IMG/VR virus record: IMGVR_UViG_2773857766_000004
Coordinates: 1 to 64,000 of that record
DNA length: 64,000 nucleotides
Source of the DNA: a virus
Lineage: Duplodnaviria > Caudoviricetes
Reading direction: 5' to 3' (one strand)
The translations under genes and the position numbers were made by a program. Shown here in pieces: positions 26,452-33,930 of this stretch; position 1 is the first letter of the stretch; each line of letters starts with the position of its first letter. The notes under the pieces were generated by a model, which did not search any database, was not told where the DNA came from, and saw nothing but the letters and a program-made list of their open reading frames with translations.

Positions 26452-27584
26452 GCCGACCTCCCGCCCAGTCCCGCGAACGGGCTCGCCACCACGTAGTCGC
26501 GATAACTCCGGCCGGCGCGAGCATCCTGCACCACCGATTTGGTCTTCCCCAGCTGGCGCGCCGGCTCGGCACCCGTCAGGGGGCTGGTGCGGATCAGCTC
26601 CACCTGATCGGGGGACAGCGACCCGACCTTGTGCCGAATGGCGGCCGACACCCGCCGGCCGTGCTTCTCGCCCCCGAATCCGATGGCCGCGAAGGCCTTG
26701 CGCATCGCCGCGCTGCGCGTGACGTGCTTGTGGTGGTCGTGGTTGCAGCAGCCGGGCGTCTCGCACGTCTGGACCAGCGTGTGCCCCTTCTTCAATTCCC
26801 TCCCGTGCACGGCCGTCCACAGCACCATGTCCACCCGGGTGATGTTCCCCTCGTGGCGCACCAGCGGGTGCCCCTGCTTGTTGCGCGCGCCGCTCCACTT
26901 CAAGCAGTCCCCGCCCACGTCCTCGCAACGCAGCAGGATGTCCTGTTCGATCTCGGCGGATGTGCGCACGTAGTCCGGCAGCACGTAGCGCCAACTGCCG
27001 TCCACGCCGCGGATGGCCAGCTTCCCCGCTCGGCGCAGGGCGTGCACCCGCGCTCGGGTGTAGACGCGGCCGCGCCCCGTCAGCTCCGCCAGGTGCTCCA
27101 GCCGCATGGGCTGGTGCCGGGCAATCAGCGCGAGCAGGTCACCGTCGTAGGGCTCGGGCCGCGAGCCCCCGGGCGCGATGTGGCGCTCGAAGGGCACCCA
27201 CTTCCGGAGGCCGTCGAACGCGGCCAGCTTGATCCGCTTCGCCCGCGCCATCCGGCGCAGCACCAGCCCCATAGCCACCTCGGGGGACTTGGCCAGGGCC
27301 GCCAGCTCGCGGGTGCTCATCTCCTGGCCGGCAATGGCCTTGAGGATCTGGGCAGGCTTCCAGGGGCACCGCGCGATCAGCACGTCCACGGCCACCCATG
27401 CGGTGTCCTTCTGGGGCTTCGTGGCGACCGGCCGCGCCAGCAGGCGCTCGCGCGCTTCTTCCAGCACCATCGTCAGGTGCTCAGCGTCCCAGCCCGTGGC
27501 GGCGCGCAACTCGCTCTCGCGGGCGGAGCCCCCAGCGGCCTTCAGCACCTGCATCAGCTGTGCAAGGTTCTTCTTCGTGGCCAT
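26445..27584 (-). CDS. Multi-HTH protein with a degenerate HNH-like zinc-binding domain
   Basis: Several wHTH-like segments, then CLKWSGARNKQGHP..QTCETPGCCNHDH. Confidence 0.65.
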   Translation of the reverse strand: MATKKNLAQLMQVLKAAGGSARESELRAATGWDAEHLTMVLEEARERLLARPVATKPQKDTAWVAVDVLIARCPWKPAQILKAIAGQEMSTRELAALAKSPEVAMGLVLRRMARAKRIKLAAFDGLRKWVPFERHIAPGGSRPEPYDGDLLALIARHQPMRLEHLAELTGRGRVYTRARVHALRRAGKLAIRGVDGSWRYVLPDYVRTSAEIEQDILLRCEDVGGDCLKWSGARNKQGHPLVRHEGNITRVDMVLWTAVHGRELKKGHTLVQTCETPGCCNHDHHKHVTRSAAMRKAFAAIGFGGEKHGRRVSAAIRHKVGSLSPDQVELIRTSPLTGAEPARQLGKTKSVVQDARAGRSYRDYVVASPFAGLGGRSAC

Positions 27585-27781
27585 CAGCGGCCTCCTTTCT
27601 TCAGCCAGCGCTCCCGGCCGGCCTGAACGTCTGCGGGCGCTGGCGCATGCTTGGCGCAGGCGTGCTGCGGCGGGAAGAAAGTCCAGGGCTTTCCGAGCGA
27701 GCAGGCGGCCATACCCTGCTTCGCCATCTCGCGGTTCTGGCGCAGGGCCCAGTGAGTGCAGGTTGCACAGGTCATTGCCAT
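27584..27781 (-). CDS. Small Cys-rich protein
   Basis: CATCTHW..C..C; coupled to both neighbours. Confidence 0.6.
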   Translation of the reverse strand: MAMTCATCTHWALRQNREMAKQGMAACSLGKPWTFFPPQHACAKHAPAPADVQAGRERWLKKGGR

Positions 27782-28242
27782 TTTTGCCGCCCTTCCATGC
27801 CCAGGGCCTGGCGCGCGCTGCGCAGGCTGTAGGGCGTGATCCGATCGCCGGCCGCGGCACGAGAGACGATCGCGCGCGCCCAGTCCTTGCTCCGGTTCTC
27901 GTTGTGCGCGATGGCGCGCTTGAGCCCCGTCTGCTTCGCAATCTCCTCCGCCACTACCCGCTCGGATGCGCGCGGCGCCTCCAGGCGCGGCACCTCGGCC
28001 GGGGGGCATGCGTTCGCCAGGGCGCGGAATTGGGCCACGTTGGGGCATTTCACCGGCAGGTGCCGCAGTGCATGCCGCAACGGCTCCAGGTTGCTCGCGA
28101 AACCGCTGAGCTCCTCCTCCCAGTCGTCCTTGACCAGCGCCATGTCCACGCCGTCCCACTGCCGCAGCCACTCGGCGCCGTAGCGCACGGACAGCTTCGT
28201 GAAAATCAACTCGACAACTTCGCTGAATGCGTGGCCGCTCAT
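27772..28242 (-). CDS. Replication protein P-like helicase loader
   Basis: IFTKLSVRYG..W..CPNVAQFRALA; directly downstream of the initiator gene. Confidence 0.65.
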   Translation of the reverse strand: MSGHAFSEVVELIFTKLSVRYGAEWLRQWDGVDMALVKDDWEEELSGFASNLEPLRHALRHLPVKCPNVAQFRALANACPPAEVPRLEAPRASERVVAEEIAKQTGLKRAIAHNENRSKDWARAIVSRAAAGDRITPYSLRSARQALGMEGRQKWQ

Positions 28243-29210
28243 CGGGCACCTCCTGCCAGACGGGGAGAAGCGGTGCGCGCCGGCACGTCGATGACGCCCG
28301 AATCGCCGGCCATGAACCGTTGGGCCGCGGCAAAGCCCCCGCCGCCGGGCGCCTTCCGCGCCGCCATGGGTGCCACCTCCTCCATGCGCTGGCGGGCCGC
28401 ACGCTGGGCGTAGGTTTCGGTCGGGACGTCGGGGCCCGGGCCGCGCAGCGCGGTGCGCGTCATCGCACCCGGCGCTCCGCCTGCACGCCGCACCCAGTTG
28501 CGCCAGGTCGCCAGCCAGTCGGCCTTGCGGGCGTCCGCGCCGGCCTTCGCATGCCAGTAGTCGGCGAAGCAGTCGCCTTCGCGGCGCACACCATCGGCGC
28601 CCAGGTCCGGCCGCTCCTGCTCGGCCCATGCCGCCCAGTCTTCGGGCAACGTCCAGTCCGCAGGGAGACGCGAAGCAGCGGGAGCACGCTTGGCTGGTGC
28701 TGGCGGAGCCGCAGGCGCAGCGCCCGGCACGGCACGAGCCGCCTCTCCCTCCAGTTCTACAGCAGGTTCTTTTTCTTCTTCTCCTTCTGTATCTGTATCT
28801 GTACGCGTGACTGTCACGGTTGTCACGCGTGACATCTCCGTGACATCGCTTGCGGGGGCTGCGGAGGTCTCCTTCTCCCGCTGGCGCTGCCGCCGCTTTC
28901 GCTCTGCGGCAGTGGTGTCGGCGTCGCTGCGCATCTGGCGGTCGTCCCAGTTCCGGGGCTGCAGCGTCTCACGATCGATCAGCCCCACCTCGTCCAGGCG
29001 GCGCGCGACCTCTTCCAGCGTGCGCAGGTCCAGGCCCATCTTCACGGCCACCTTGCGCAGCTTGAGCGCGGTCGCCTCGTCCTTGTCCAGTAGCCCCTGG
29101 CCCTTCAAGCACAGGAGCGCGATGAAATGCCAGCGGTCCTCGAAGGCCACCAGCTTGAGCGTCTCGTTGTCCACCATCTCGGTGTAGACGCGGAACCATG
29201 GGAGCTTCAT
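28239..29210 (-). CDS. Replication initiator (O-like)
   Basis: WFRVYTEMVDN N-terminus, AERKRRQRQR linker, FADYW..DWLATWRNW C-terminus. Confidence 0.8.
   Translation of the reverse strand: MKLPWFRVYTEMVDNETLKLVAFEDRWHFIALLCLKGQGLLDKDEATALKLRKVAVKMGLDLRTLEEVARRLDEVGLIDRETLQPRNWDDRQMRSDADTTAAERKRRQRQREKETSAAPASDVTEMSRVTTVTVTRTDTDTEGEEEKEPAVELEGEAARAVPGAAPAAPPAPAKRAPAASRLPADWTLPEDWAAWAEQERPDLGADGVRREGDCFADYWHAKAGADARKADWLATWRNWVRRAGGAPGAMTRTALRGPGPDVPTETYAQRAARQRMEEVAPMAARKAPGGGGFAAAQRFMAGDSGVIDVPARTASPRLAGGAR
28765..28850. other. Probable phage replication origin inside the initiator gene
   Basis: Five GTGAC/GTCAC pentamers at about 28807..28845 next to TGTATC repeats and a pyrimidine tract. 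Confidence 0.6.
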
Positions 29211-29365
29211 GCGCGCACCCCTTTCTTGGAATTGCAGGGCCTGCACATCGTCTGGAGGTTGTCCAGCGTCGTCGGGCCACCCTTCGATTCGGGATGGATG
29301 TGATCGCAGGTCAGGTCCTTGAAGCCCCCGCAGCTCACGCACCGGTATTCCTGCTCCCAGTTCAC
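29207..29365 (-). CDS. Minimal 52-aa HNH domain protein, possibly a remnant
   Basis: CVSCG..DHIHPESKGG..NLQTMCRPCNSKK; GTGA/ATGA coupling at both ends. Confidence 0.65.
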   Translation of the reverse strand: MNWEQEYRCVSCGGFKDLTCDHIHPESKGGPTTLDNLQTMCRPCNSKKGVRA

Positions 29366-29640
29366 GCCGCCTCCCACACCCGGAACCCGCCGCGCACCAG
29401 GTCTTCGCCGTTGACCTGCACCACGCGGGCGTGGCCGATGGCGCGCAGATCCGGCAGCCGGCGGTCGATCTGCACCACGGTCAGCCCCGTGCGCGCCTGC
29501 AACTCGTGGGCAGTGGCCGGGCCGGCGGCCAGCGCCTTGATGATCCTGGCGCAGTGGTTGCCAGCGAACGCGGCGGCGCCTTCCGCGGCCTGCACGCTGG
29601 TGAGAGGGTCGTGCGCACGCACGAGGTGAGCGGTGGTCAT
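29362..29640 (-). CDS. Winged-helix protein
   Basis: DPLTSVQAA..TAHELQARTGL..RRLPDL. Confidence 0.7.
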   Translation of the reverse strand: MTTAHLVRAHDPLTSVQAAEGAAAFAGNHCARIIKALAAGPATAHELQARTGLTVVQIDRRLPDLRAIGHARVVQVNGEDLVRGGFRVWEAA

Positions 29641-30119
29641 GCCGGCGCCCTCCCTGCGGTGTCGGCCGCGTACTGAGCATTGAGCTCTACGACCACACCC
29701 TGCATCTCCGCCACCGCCTCACCCACCTCGCGCAGCACCTTGCGCCGATCGTTCTCGCTGATCGACCCATCCGCCAGAGCCTTGGTGACAGCCGTGAACA
29801 CGTCAGCGCATTCTTGGACGGCAGCGAAGGTCGCCGTGCGCAGGCAACGGCGCTCCGCGCTGGCATGAATGACCGGGAGCGCGAGCATCCCTGATCCGAA
29901 GGAAAAGACCGTTCCGAGCCCCTGAGCCCCGGCGCTGCCGGCCTCATGGCACATCGTGGCGATCTCCTCCGCATCGGCCAGGCCCATCTTGTGGCCGGCG
30001 CTGGAGCCGCTCAGCTCCTTGCGGAGCACCTCGTCGGACTTGCCGAGGCGTGCGGCCAGAGCGGCACGGCCGCCGGGGTAGTTGGCGACCATGCGTCGCA
30101 GGGCATCGAGAGAGTTCAT
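29637..30119 (-). CDS. CII-family phage regulatory protein
   Basis: YPGGRAALAARLGKS..LRKEL..ALADGSISEND; position downstream of cro. Confidence 0.75.
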   Translation of the reverse strand: MNSLDALRRMVANYPGGRAALAARLGKSDEVLRKELSGSSAGHKMGLADAEEIATMCHEAGSAGAQGLGTVFSFGSGMLALPVIHASAERRCLRTATFAAVQECADVFTAVTKALADGSISENDRRKVLREVGEAVAEMQGVVVELNAQYAADTAGRAPA

Positions 30120-30307
30120 ATGTCCGGGGCTCCGAGAAATGGACGTGGACGACAGGGGTGGCGGCGGCGACGATGCGGGCATGGACAACAAGACCAGCCC
30201 CAGCACCTCATCCAGCCGTAGCAGCGCGCGCGGCGCGGTGATGGGCGCCCGCCTCTCCCGGGCAGTACGATGGAGCTCTCACACAACCATCGCCTGGGAG
30301 GGCGGAC

Positions 30308-30559
30308 ATGAAACAGGAAGACGTGGAAGCGCTGTTGAGCCGGTACGCAACGCAGATAGACGAGTTGCAGATCGAAGTCGCAGCGCTGGGTACGGCCGTT
30401 CGAGCGCTTCTCGACATGGCACCCGACAAGATCGCCGCTGCGAACCGGTTCACGCAGGTCATGAATGCCTCGCTGCGCGCACCCATGAGCGAAGAACAGA
30501 AAGCAGCCCATTCCGCGAGGCACGAAGCCCTTTTGCTTCGGCTGGTGATGCGTCCCTAG
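30308..30559 (+). CDS. Small helical protein, antisense mini-moron
   Basis: GGAGG RBS within the second copy of the hairpin leader. Confidence 0.7.
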   Translation: MKQEDVEALLSRYATQIDELQIEVAALGTAVRALLDMAPDKIAAANRFTQVMNASLRAPMSEEQKAAHSARHEALLLRLVMRP

Positions 30560-30836
30560 ACATCCTGCGGACAAGGGCCCCGTTCCCGGCTTCGGGGACG
30601 ACCCGCTCGCCAGGGTGGCTGCCGTGCTCTCGTTCCGTGGCGTCCTCGGCATACCGGAAATTCCGCATCGCCGGCACGATCTTCTCGCCCGGGTGGGCAG
30701 CACTGCTGGCCTTCTCGCGACCCGGGCGCCCCGGCGCCGCGTGGACGGCCCGGCACGCTGCCAGCCGGTCGCGCGTGGTGCTGCGCATCCAATCCGGCTC
30801 CCATGTGGTCGTGGTGGTGCTCGTCCAATCAGCCAT
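30459..30836 (-). CDS. Hypothetical protein, possibly disrupted at its 3' end
   Basis: Strong RBS GAGGAGGT before ATG at 30836; protein composition atypical. Confidence 0.35.
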   Translation of the reverse strand: MADWTSTTTTTWEPDWMRSTTRDRLAACRAVHAAPGRPGREKASSAAHPGEKIVPAMRNFRYAEDATEREHGSHPGERVVPEAGNGALVRRMSRDASPAEAKGLRASRNGLLSVLRSWVRAARHS

Positions 30837-30904
30837 GGCTTACCTCCTCCTTGATGTTTTGGTTGGGCACAATCCGGCCATCACCACAGGCGGGAGAGGC
30901 GGGC

Positions 30905-31123
30905 ATGAATTTCTGGCAGCGCTGGAAAGAGAAGCACTGGGACGAGAAGGTCTCGGAGAACGATCCCTCGTCGTCGGTCGTCTTCTTTGGGATACGCAGG
31001 CCGCCATTGCGGCAGGCAGCCCGCTGGTTCGCGAAGCTCTGGGAAGAGCAGCCGCTCAACGTCGTCATGGCGGTTGCGGCCGTCGTGGCATCTGCCGCGG
31101 CGGTCATTGCTTTGCTCCGCTGA
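30905..31123 (+). CDS. Small C-terminally anchored membrane protein, antisense moron
   Basis: MNFWQRWKEKHW.. with a C-terminal TM; RBS GGGAG. Confidence 0.6.
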   Translation: MNFWQRWKEKHWDEKVSENDPSSSVVFFGIRRPPLRQAARWFAKLWEEQPLNVVMAVAAVVASAAAVIALLR

Positions 31124-31388
31124 TTCGCACGCCGTCTGCCACGACGAAGAACTCGACCTTCATTTCCTTGGCGAACTCCGCAGCGGCGTCTCGGAACTGC
31201 CGCTGGACGCTCTTCGACAGCCCGGGCGGAAGCTCGATGCACACCACATCACCAGGCTTGCAGACGATGTGGTCGAACGGCCGCGGCTTCAGCGCCAGCA
31301 ACCGATCAATGCGGCTGCTCTGGCGCATCAGGCCCACCACGAGCGAAACATGCGAGAGGGAGATGAGCAGGGGCCAGAGGTCAGCCAT
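31104..31388 (-). CDS. Hypothetical protein with N-terminal TM
   Basis: RBS AAGGAGG; coupled to the upstream gene. Confidence 0.55.
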   Translation of the reverse strand: MADLWPLLISLSHVSLVVGLMRQSSRIDRLLALKPRPFDHIVCKPGDVVCIELPPGLSKSVQRQFRDAAAEFAKEMKVEFFVVADGVRISGAKQ

Positions 31389-31632
31389 GGCTCGCCTCCT
31401 CCTTGGTGGGGGCGACGCTTTCCGCGGCCTCCCGGCGCTCGTAGCTGCCCATCCCGCTGAAGAGGCTGCCCCACAGCAGGTAGGCGCAACCCACGACTGC
31501 ATGGACCAAACACCAGCGCATGAACCAAACGTCGATCTTCCAAGCCAGAAAAGCCGCCAGCGCGAGAAGCTCAAGGAAGACGAACGCGATGGCGAGCTCG
31601 CCCGGTCGGTGGGTGATGTAGAGCTTGCGCAT
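31381..31632 (-). CDS. Small 2-TM membrane protein
   Basis: Directly after the cro stop; two hydrophobic segments. Confidence 0.6.
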   Translation of the reverse strand: MRKLYITHRPGELAIAFVFLELLALAAFLAWKIDVWFMRWCLVHAVVGCAYLLWGSLFSGMGSYERREAAESVAPTKEEASHG

Positions 31633-31875
31633 TTACGCCACCTCCGACTTGGTGGAAGCGGTCAGCTCGGGCCAGATCAGGTGCCAGTCGTCGGGGCGGA
31701 GGTCTCGGCGGGAGACGGCGCCCGAGGTGGCGCGCTCGATGGCGACGCAGTACGCCGCATCGGGGGTCGTGCCGCGCGCTCGCCAGTTGCTGACCGCCGA
31801 TTGCCCGACGCCGATGGCTTCCGCCAGCTTACCGACGCCGCCGATGGCGCTGATGGCCGCCTCAAGAGGGTTCAT
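31633..31875 (-). CDS. cro: Cro-like (YdaS-family) regulator
   Basis: GGVGKLAEAIGVGQSAVSNW..IERAT..DLRPD; divergent from cI. Confidence 0.88.
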   Translation of the reverse strand: MNPLEAAISAIGGVGKLAEAIGVGQSAVSNWRARGTTPDAAYCVAIERATSGAVSRRDLRPDDWHLIWPELTASTKSEVA

Positions 31876-31889
31876 GTTCGCGATTCCTT

Positions 31890-31954
31890 TCACGAACGTG
31901 ATAGTAAACCAACCACCAATGTGATGCAATCCTTTGACACCATCACGCCCGTGA
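31890..31954. promoter_or_regulatory. OR region: three TCAC-N4-GTGA operators and pR
   Basis: TCACGAACGTGA at 31890, CCACCAATGTGA at 31913, TCACGCCCGTGA at 31943; minus-strand TTGCAT-17-TACTAT (31929..31901). Confidence 0.75.
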
Positions 31955-32616
31955 AAACCATTGCAGAACGCCTGAGAGCCGCAAGAGAACGGGCTGGCCT
32001 CACCCAGCCGGCCCTGGCCCAGCGCGCGAACGTCTCCCAAGGGACGATCGGGAACATCGAATCGGGGCTGCGCAAGCGCCCCCGCGACTTACTTGCTATC
32101 GCTGCCGCGCTGCATGTGTCCCCGTTGTGGCTTGAGACCGGACAAGGCCTTATGCACGGTGACCACGATCAGGCCAACGTTTCGACCGCCCCTGCGTCGA
32201 TGAGGCCGCGCCGCTACCCGGTTATTTCTTCAGTGCAGGCGGGCGAATGGGAGGAGATCGTGGACCAGTTCTCACCCGGGGATGCGGAGGATTGGCAGGA
32301 CAGTCCTGTGGATCTCGGGCCGAACGGGTTTGTGCTGAAGCTGGAGGGCAGTTCAATGACCAACCCCGCAGGTGGTAGAGACAATTTCCCCGAGGGTATG
32401 TATGTGCACATCCACCCAGGAGTTGAAGCTCAACCTGGCGACTATGTGGTGGCGAAGCGCGAAGCGGACAACAAGGCGACCTTCAAAAAGCTGGTGCGCG
32501 TTGATGGTGAGCAGTTTCTTCACGCCATTAATCCAGCGTGGCCGAAGCCCTATATAAAGCTTGAGCCGGGCGACAGAATTATAGGGAAATTAAAGTTTGC
32601 TGGATGGAGTTTTTAA
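31951..32616 (+). CDS. cI: CI-like repressor (HTH plus S24 peptidase); start GTG 31951 or ATG 31924
   Basis: HTH LTQPALAQRANVSQGTIGNIE; QAG cleavage site; GSSM and TFKK catalytic motifs. Confidence 0.93.
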   Translation: MKTIAERLRAARERAGLTQPALAQRANVSQGTIGNIESGLRKRPRDLLAIAAALHVSPLWLETGQGLMHGDHDQANVSTAPASMRPRRYPVISSVQAGEWEEIVDQFSPGDAEDWQDSPVDLGPNGFVLKLEGSSMTNPAGGRDNFPEGMYVHIHPGVEAQPGDYVVAKREADNKATFKKLVRVDGEQFLHAINPAWPKPYIKLEPGDRIIGKLKFAGWSF

Positions 32617-32627
32617 AGGAGAGAGGG

Positions 32628-32963
32628 ATGAGAAGATATTTAGCACTGGCTGCAATGTTTATTGGTTGCACAGCCAACGCAGCACCCCTGCCAAAAATAA
32701 ATGAAGCAGAATTACGCAAGGAATTCACTTCCCTGAAAGACCCGGATAGCGCCAAGTTTCGGAATATAAAGCTTGCAAAAACGGACACGGCGGGTGCGTG
32801 GGTTATGTGTGGTGAAGTAAACGCGAAAAATTCCTATGGCGGATATGCTGGTTTTGGAAGATTTATGGGAATGCTATTCACTGAAGGGCGGAAAACCACG
32901 TACCTCGTGATGACGATCGACAACGATTCCGCAAACGTCATGTGCGAAAAGCACGGTCTGTAA
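32628..32963 (+). CDS. Exported protein, candidate superinfection exclusion factor
   Basis: Signal peptide; LKDPDSAKFRN..CGEVNAKNSYGGYAG motif; immediately downstream of cI; low GC. Confidence 0.75.
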   Translation: MRRYLALAAMFIGCTANAAPLPKINEAELRKEFTSLKDPDSAKFRNIKLAKTDTAGAWVMCGEVNAKNSYGGYAGFGRFMGMLFTEGRKTTYLVMTIDNDSANVMCEKHGL

Positions 32964-32989
32964 ATAAATGCCGCATTGGAGGATGAAAA

Positions 32990-33106
32990 TTGGCTAACGC
33001 ACCCGCACCCGCACCCCAACCACCAGTTCCGCCGCCAACCCCTCAACCGCCAATATCACCACCACCGCCCATGAAAAACGAGTGGATCAGAAAGAGCCTG
33101 AGGTAA
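32990..33106 (+). CDS. Polyproline micropeptide 1 (38 aa, MANAPAPAPQPPVPPPTPQPPISPPPPMKNEWIRKSLR)
   Basis: TTG start 7 nt after GGAGG; below the ORF-track cutoff, translated by hand. Confidence 0.5.
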   Translation: MANAPAPAPQPPVPPPTPQPPISPPPPMKNEWIRKSLR

Positions 33107-33108
33107 AA

Positions 33109-33222
33109 ATGCTCAACCCGACGACAGCAGAAGCGACTCAGTCGCCTCCACCGCCACCGCCACCGTCGCCTCCGCCTCCCATGAAGGACTTTGGGTTTCG
33201 GGATGGCTGGCCAAAAAAGTAA
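33109..33222 (+). CDS. Polyproline micropeptide 2 (37 aa, MLNPTTAEATQSPPPPPPPSPPPPMKDFGFRDGWPKK)
   Basis: ATG 2 nt after the previous stop with GAGG RBS; translated by hand. Confidence 0.55.
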   Translation: MLNPTTAEATQSPPPPPPPSPPPPMKDFGFRDGWPKK

Positions 33223-33732
33223 TCACCGTGCAAGGCAAAAAATGAGCACCACCGCAGGTACAAGGGGGGTACAAATGGTGGCAGCTCGATAGCTCATGTC
33301 CAGCGCCTCTGCTCGATCCACGCAACCCGTCGCGTACTCACGCGCACGGGTGTGCTCGAGTATTAACTCAGCTCTGCGAGTGACGGCAAGGGCGGAGTTC
33401 GAATCGTGCCCTTCCGCTATCCTATCGTCGTAATAATCAATTATGTTCCCCGCAGGGTTGCCGGGAGATAGGCGACGCGAAATTGCCCCGCTCCAGATCA
33501 GCTGGGCCGCAATTCCAAACCAGCTCATCGCGAGCGCAGCCACGGGAGCCCAAGCAACCGGCGTCACGCCGTCAACACCGATCTTTCCCAGGGCATAGGC
33601 ACCCAGCGCGCCGCCACCGCCCACAAGCACCGTCGCGAACTTGTAGGAGCGCTCATAGAAGTCGTCGTAGGTCTGACGCAGCACCGCCATCGTCGCGCCC
33701 GATCTTTTCTCAACGTACTCCAGCTCGTCCAT
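33223..33732 (-). CDS. 3-TM membrane protein (2 TM, soluble loop, C-terminal TM)
   Basis: RBS GGGAGGAG before ATG at 33732; hydrophobicity pattern. Confidence 0.75.
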   Translation of the reverse strand: MDELEYVEKRSGATMAVLRQTYDDFYERSYKFATVLVGGGGALGAYALGKIGVDGVTPVAWAPVAALAMSWFGIAAQLIWSGAISRRLSPGNPAGNIIDYYDDRIAEGHDSNSALAVTRRAELILEHTRAREYATGCVDRAEALDMSYRAATICTPLVPAVVLIFCLAR

Positions 33733-33890
33733 CGACGCTCCTCCCGAGGTTGCCTGTGCATGGCGACATGATGCCGCGTGTTGACTCGCGTCGCGACCCA
33801 GCCCACCCACCGCGGTGGGCTTTTCTACGTCCATCTCAACCATGTTCATTCCTTCGCCCGAGGGAGCGCAGAAGAAATTTTACCCAAATC

Positions 33891-33930
33891 TCACGATTGT
33901 GTTGACACGTCAATTCACGTTCGTGATAAT
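33891..33930 (+). promoter_or_regulatory. pL promoter with OL operators
   Basis: TTGACA(33902)-17bp-GATAAT(33925); TCACGATTGTGT at 33891 and TCACGTTCGTGA at 33915. Confidence 0.85.

Noticed and set aside
30082-32616. 844-aa ORF suggesting a giant repressor fusion
   Set aside because: Only the last ~222-231 aa are CI. The rest runs antisense through cro and neighbouring genes and across the OR operators, a chance open frame in high-GC DNA.
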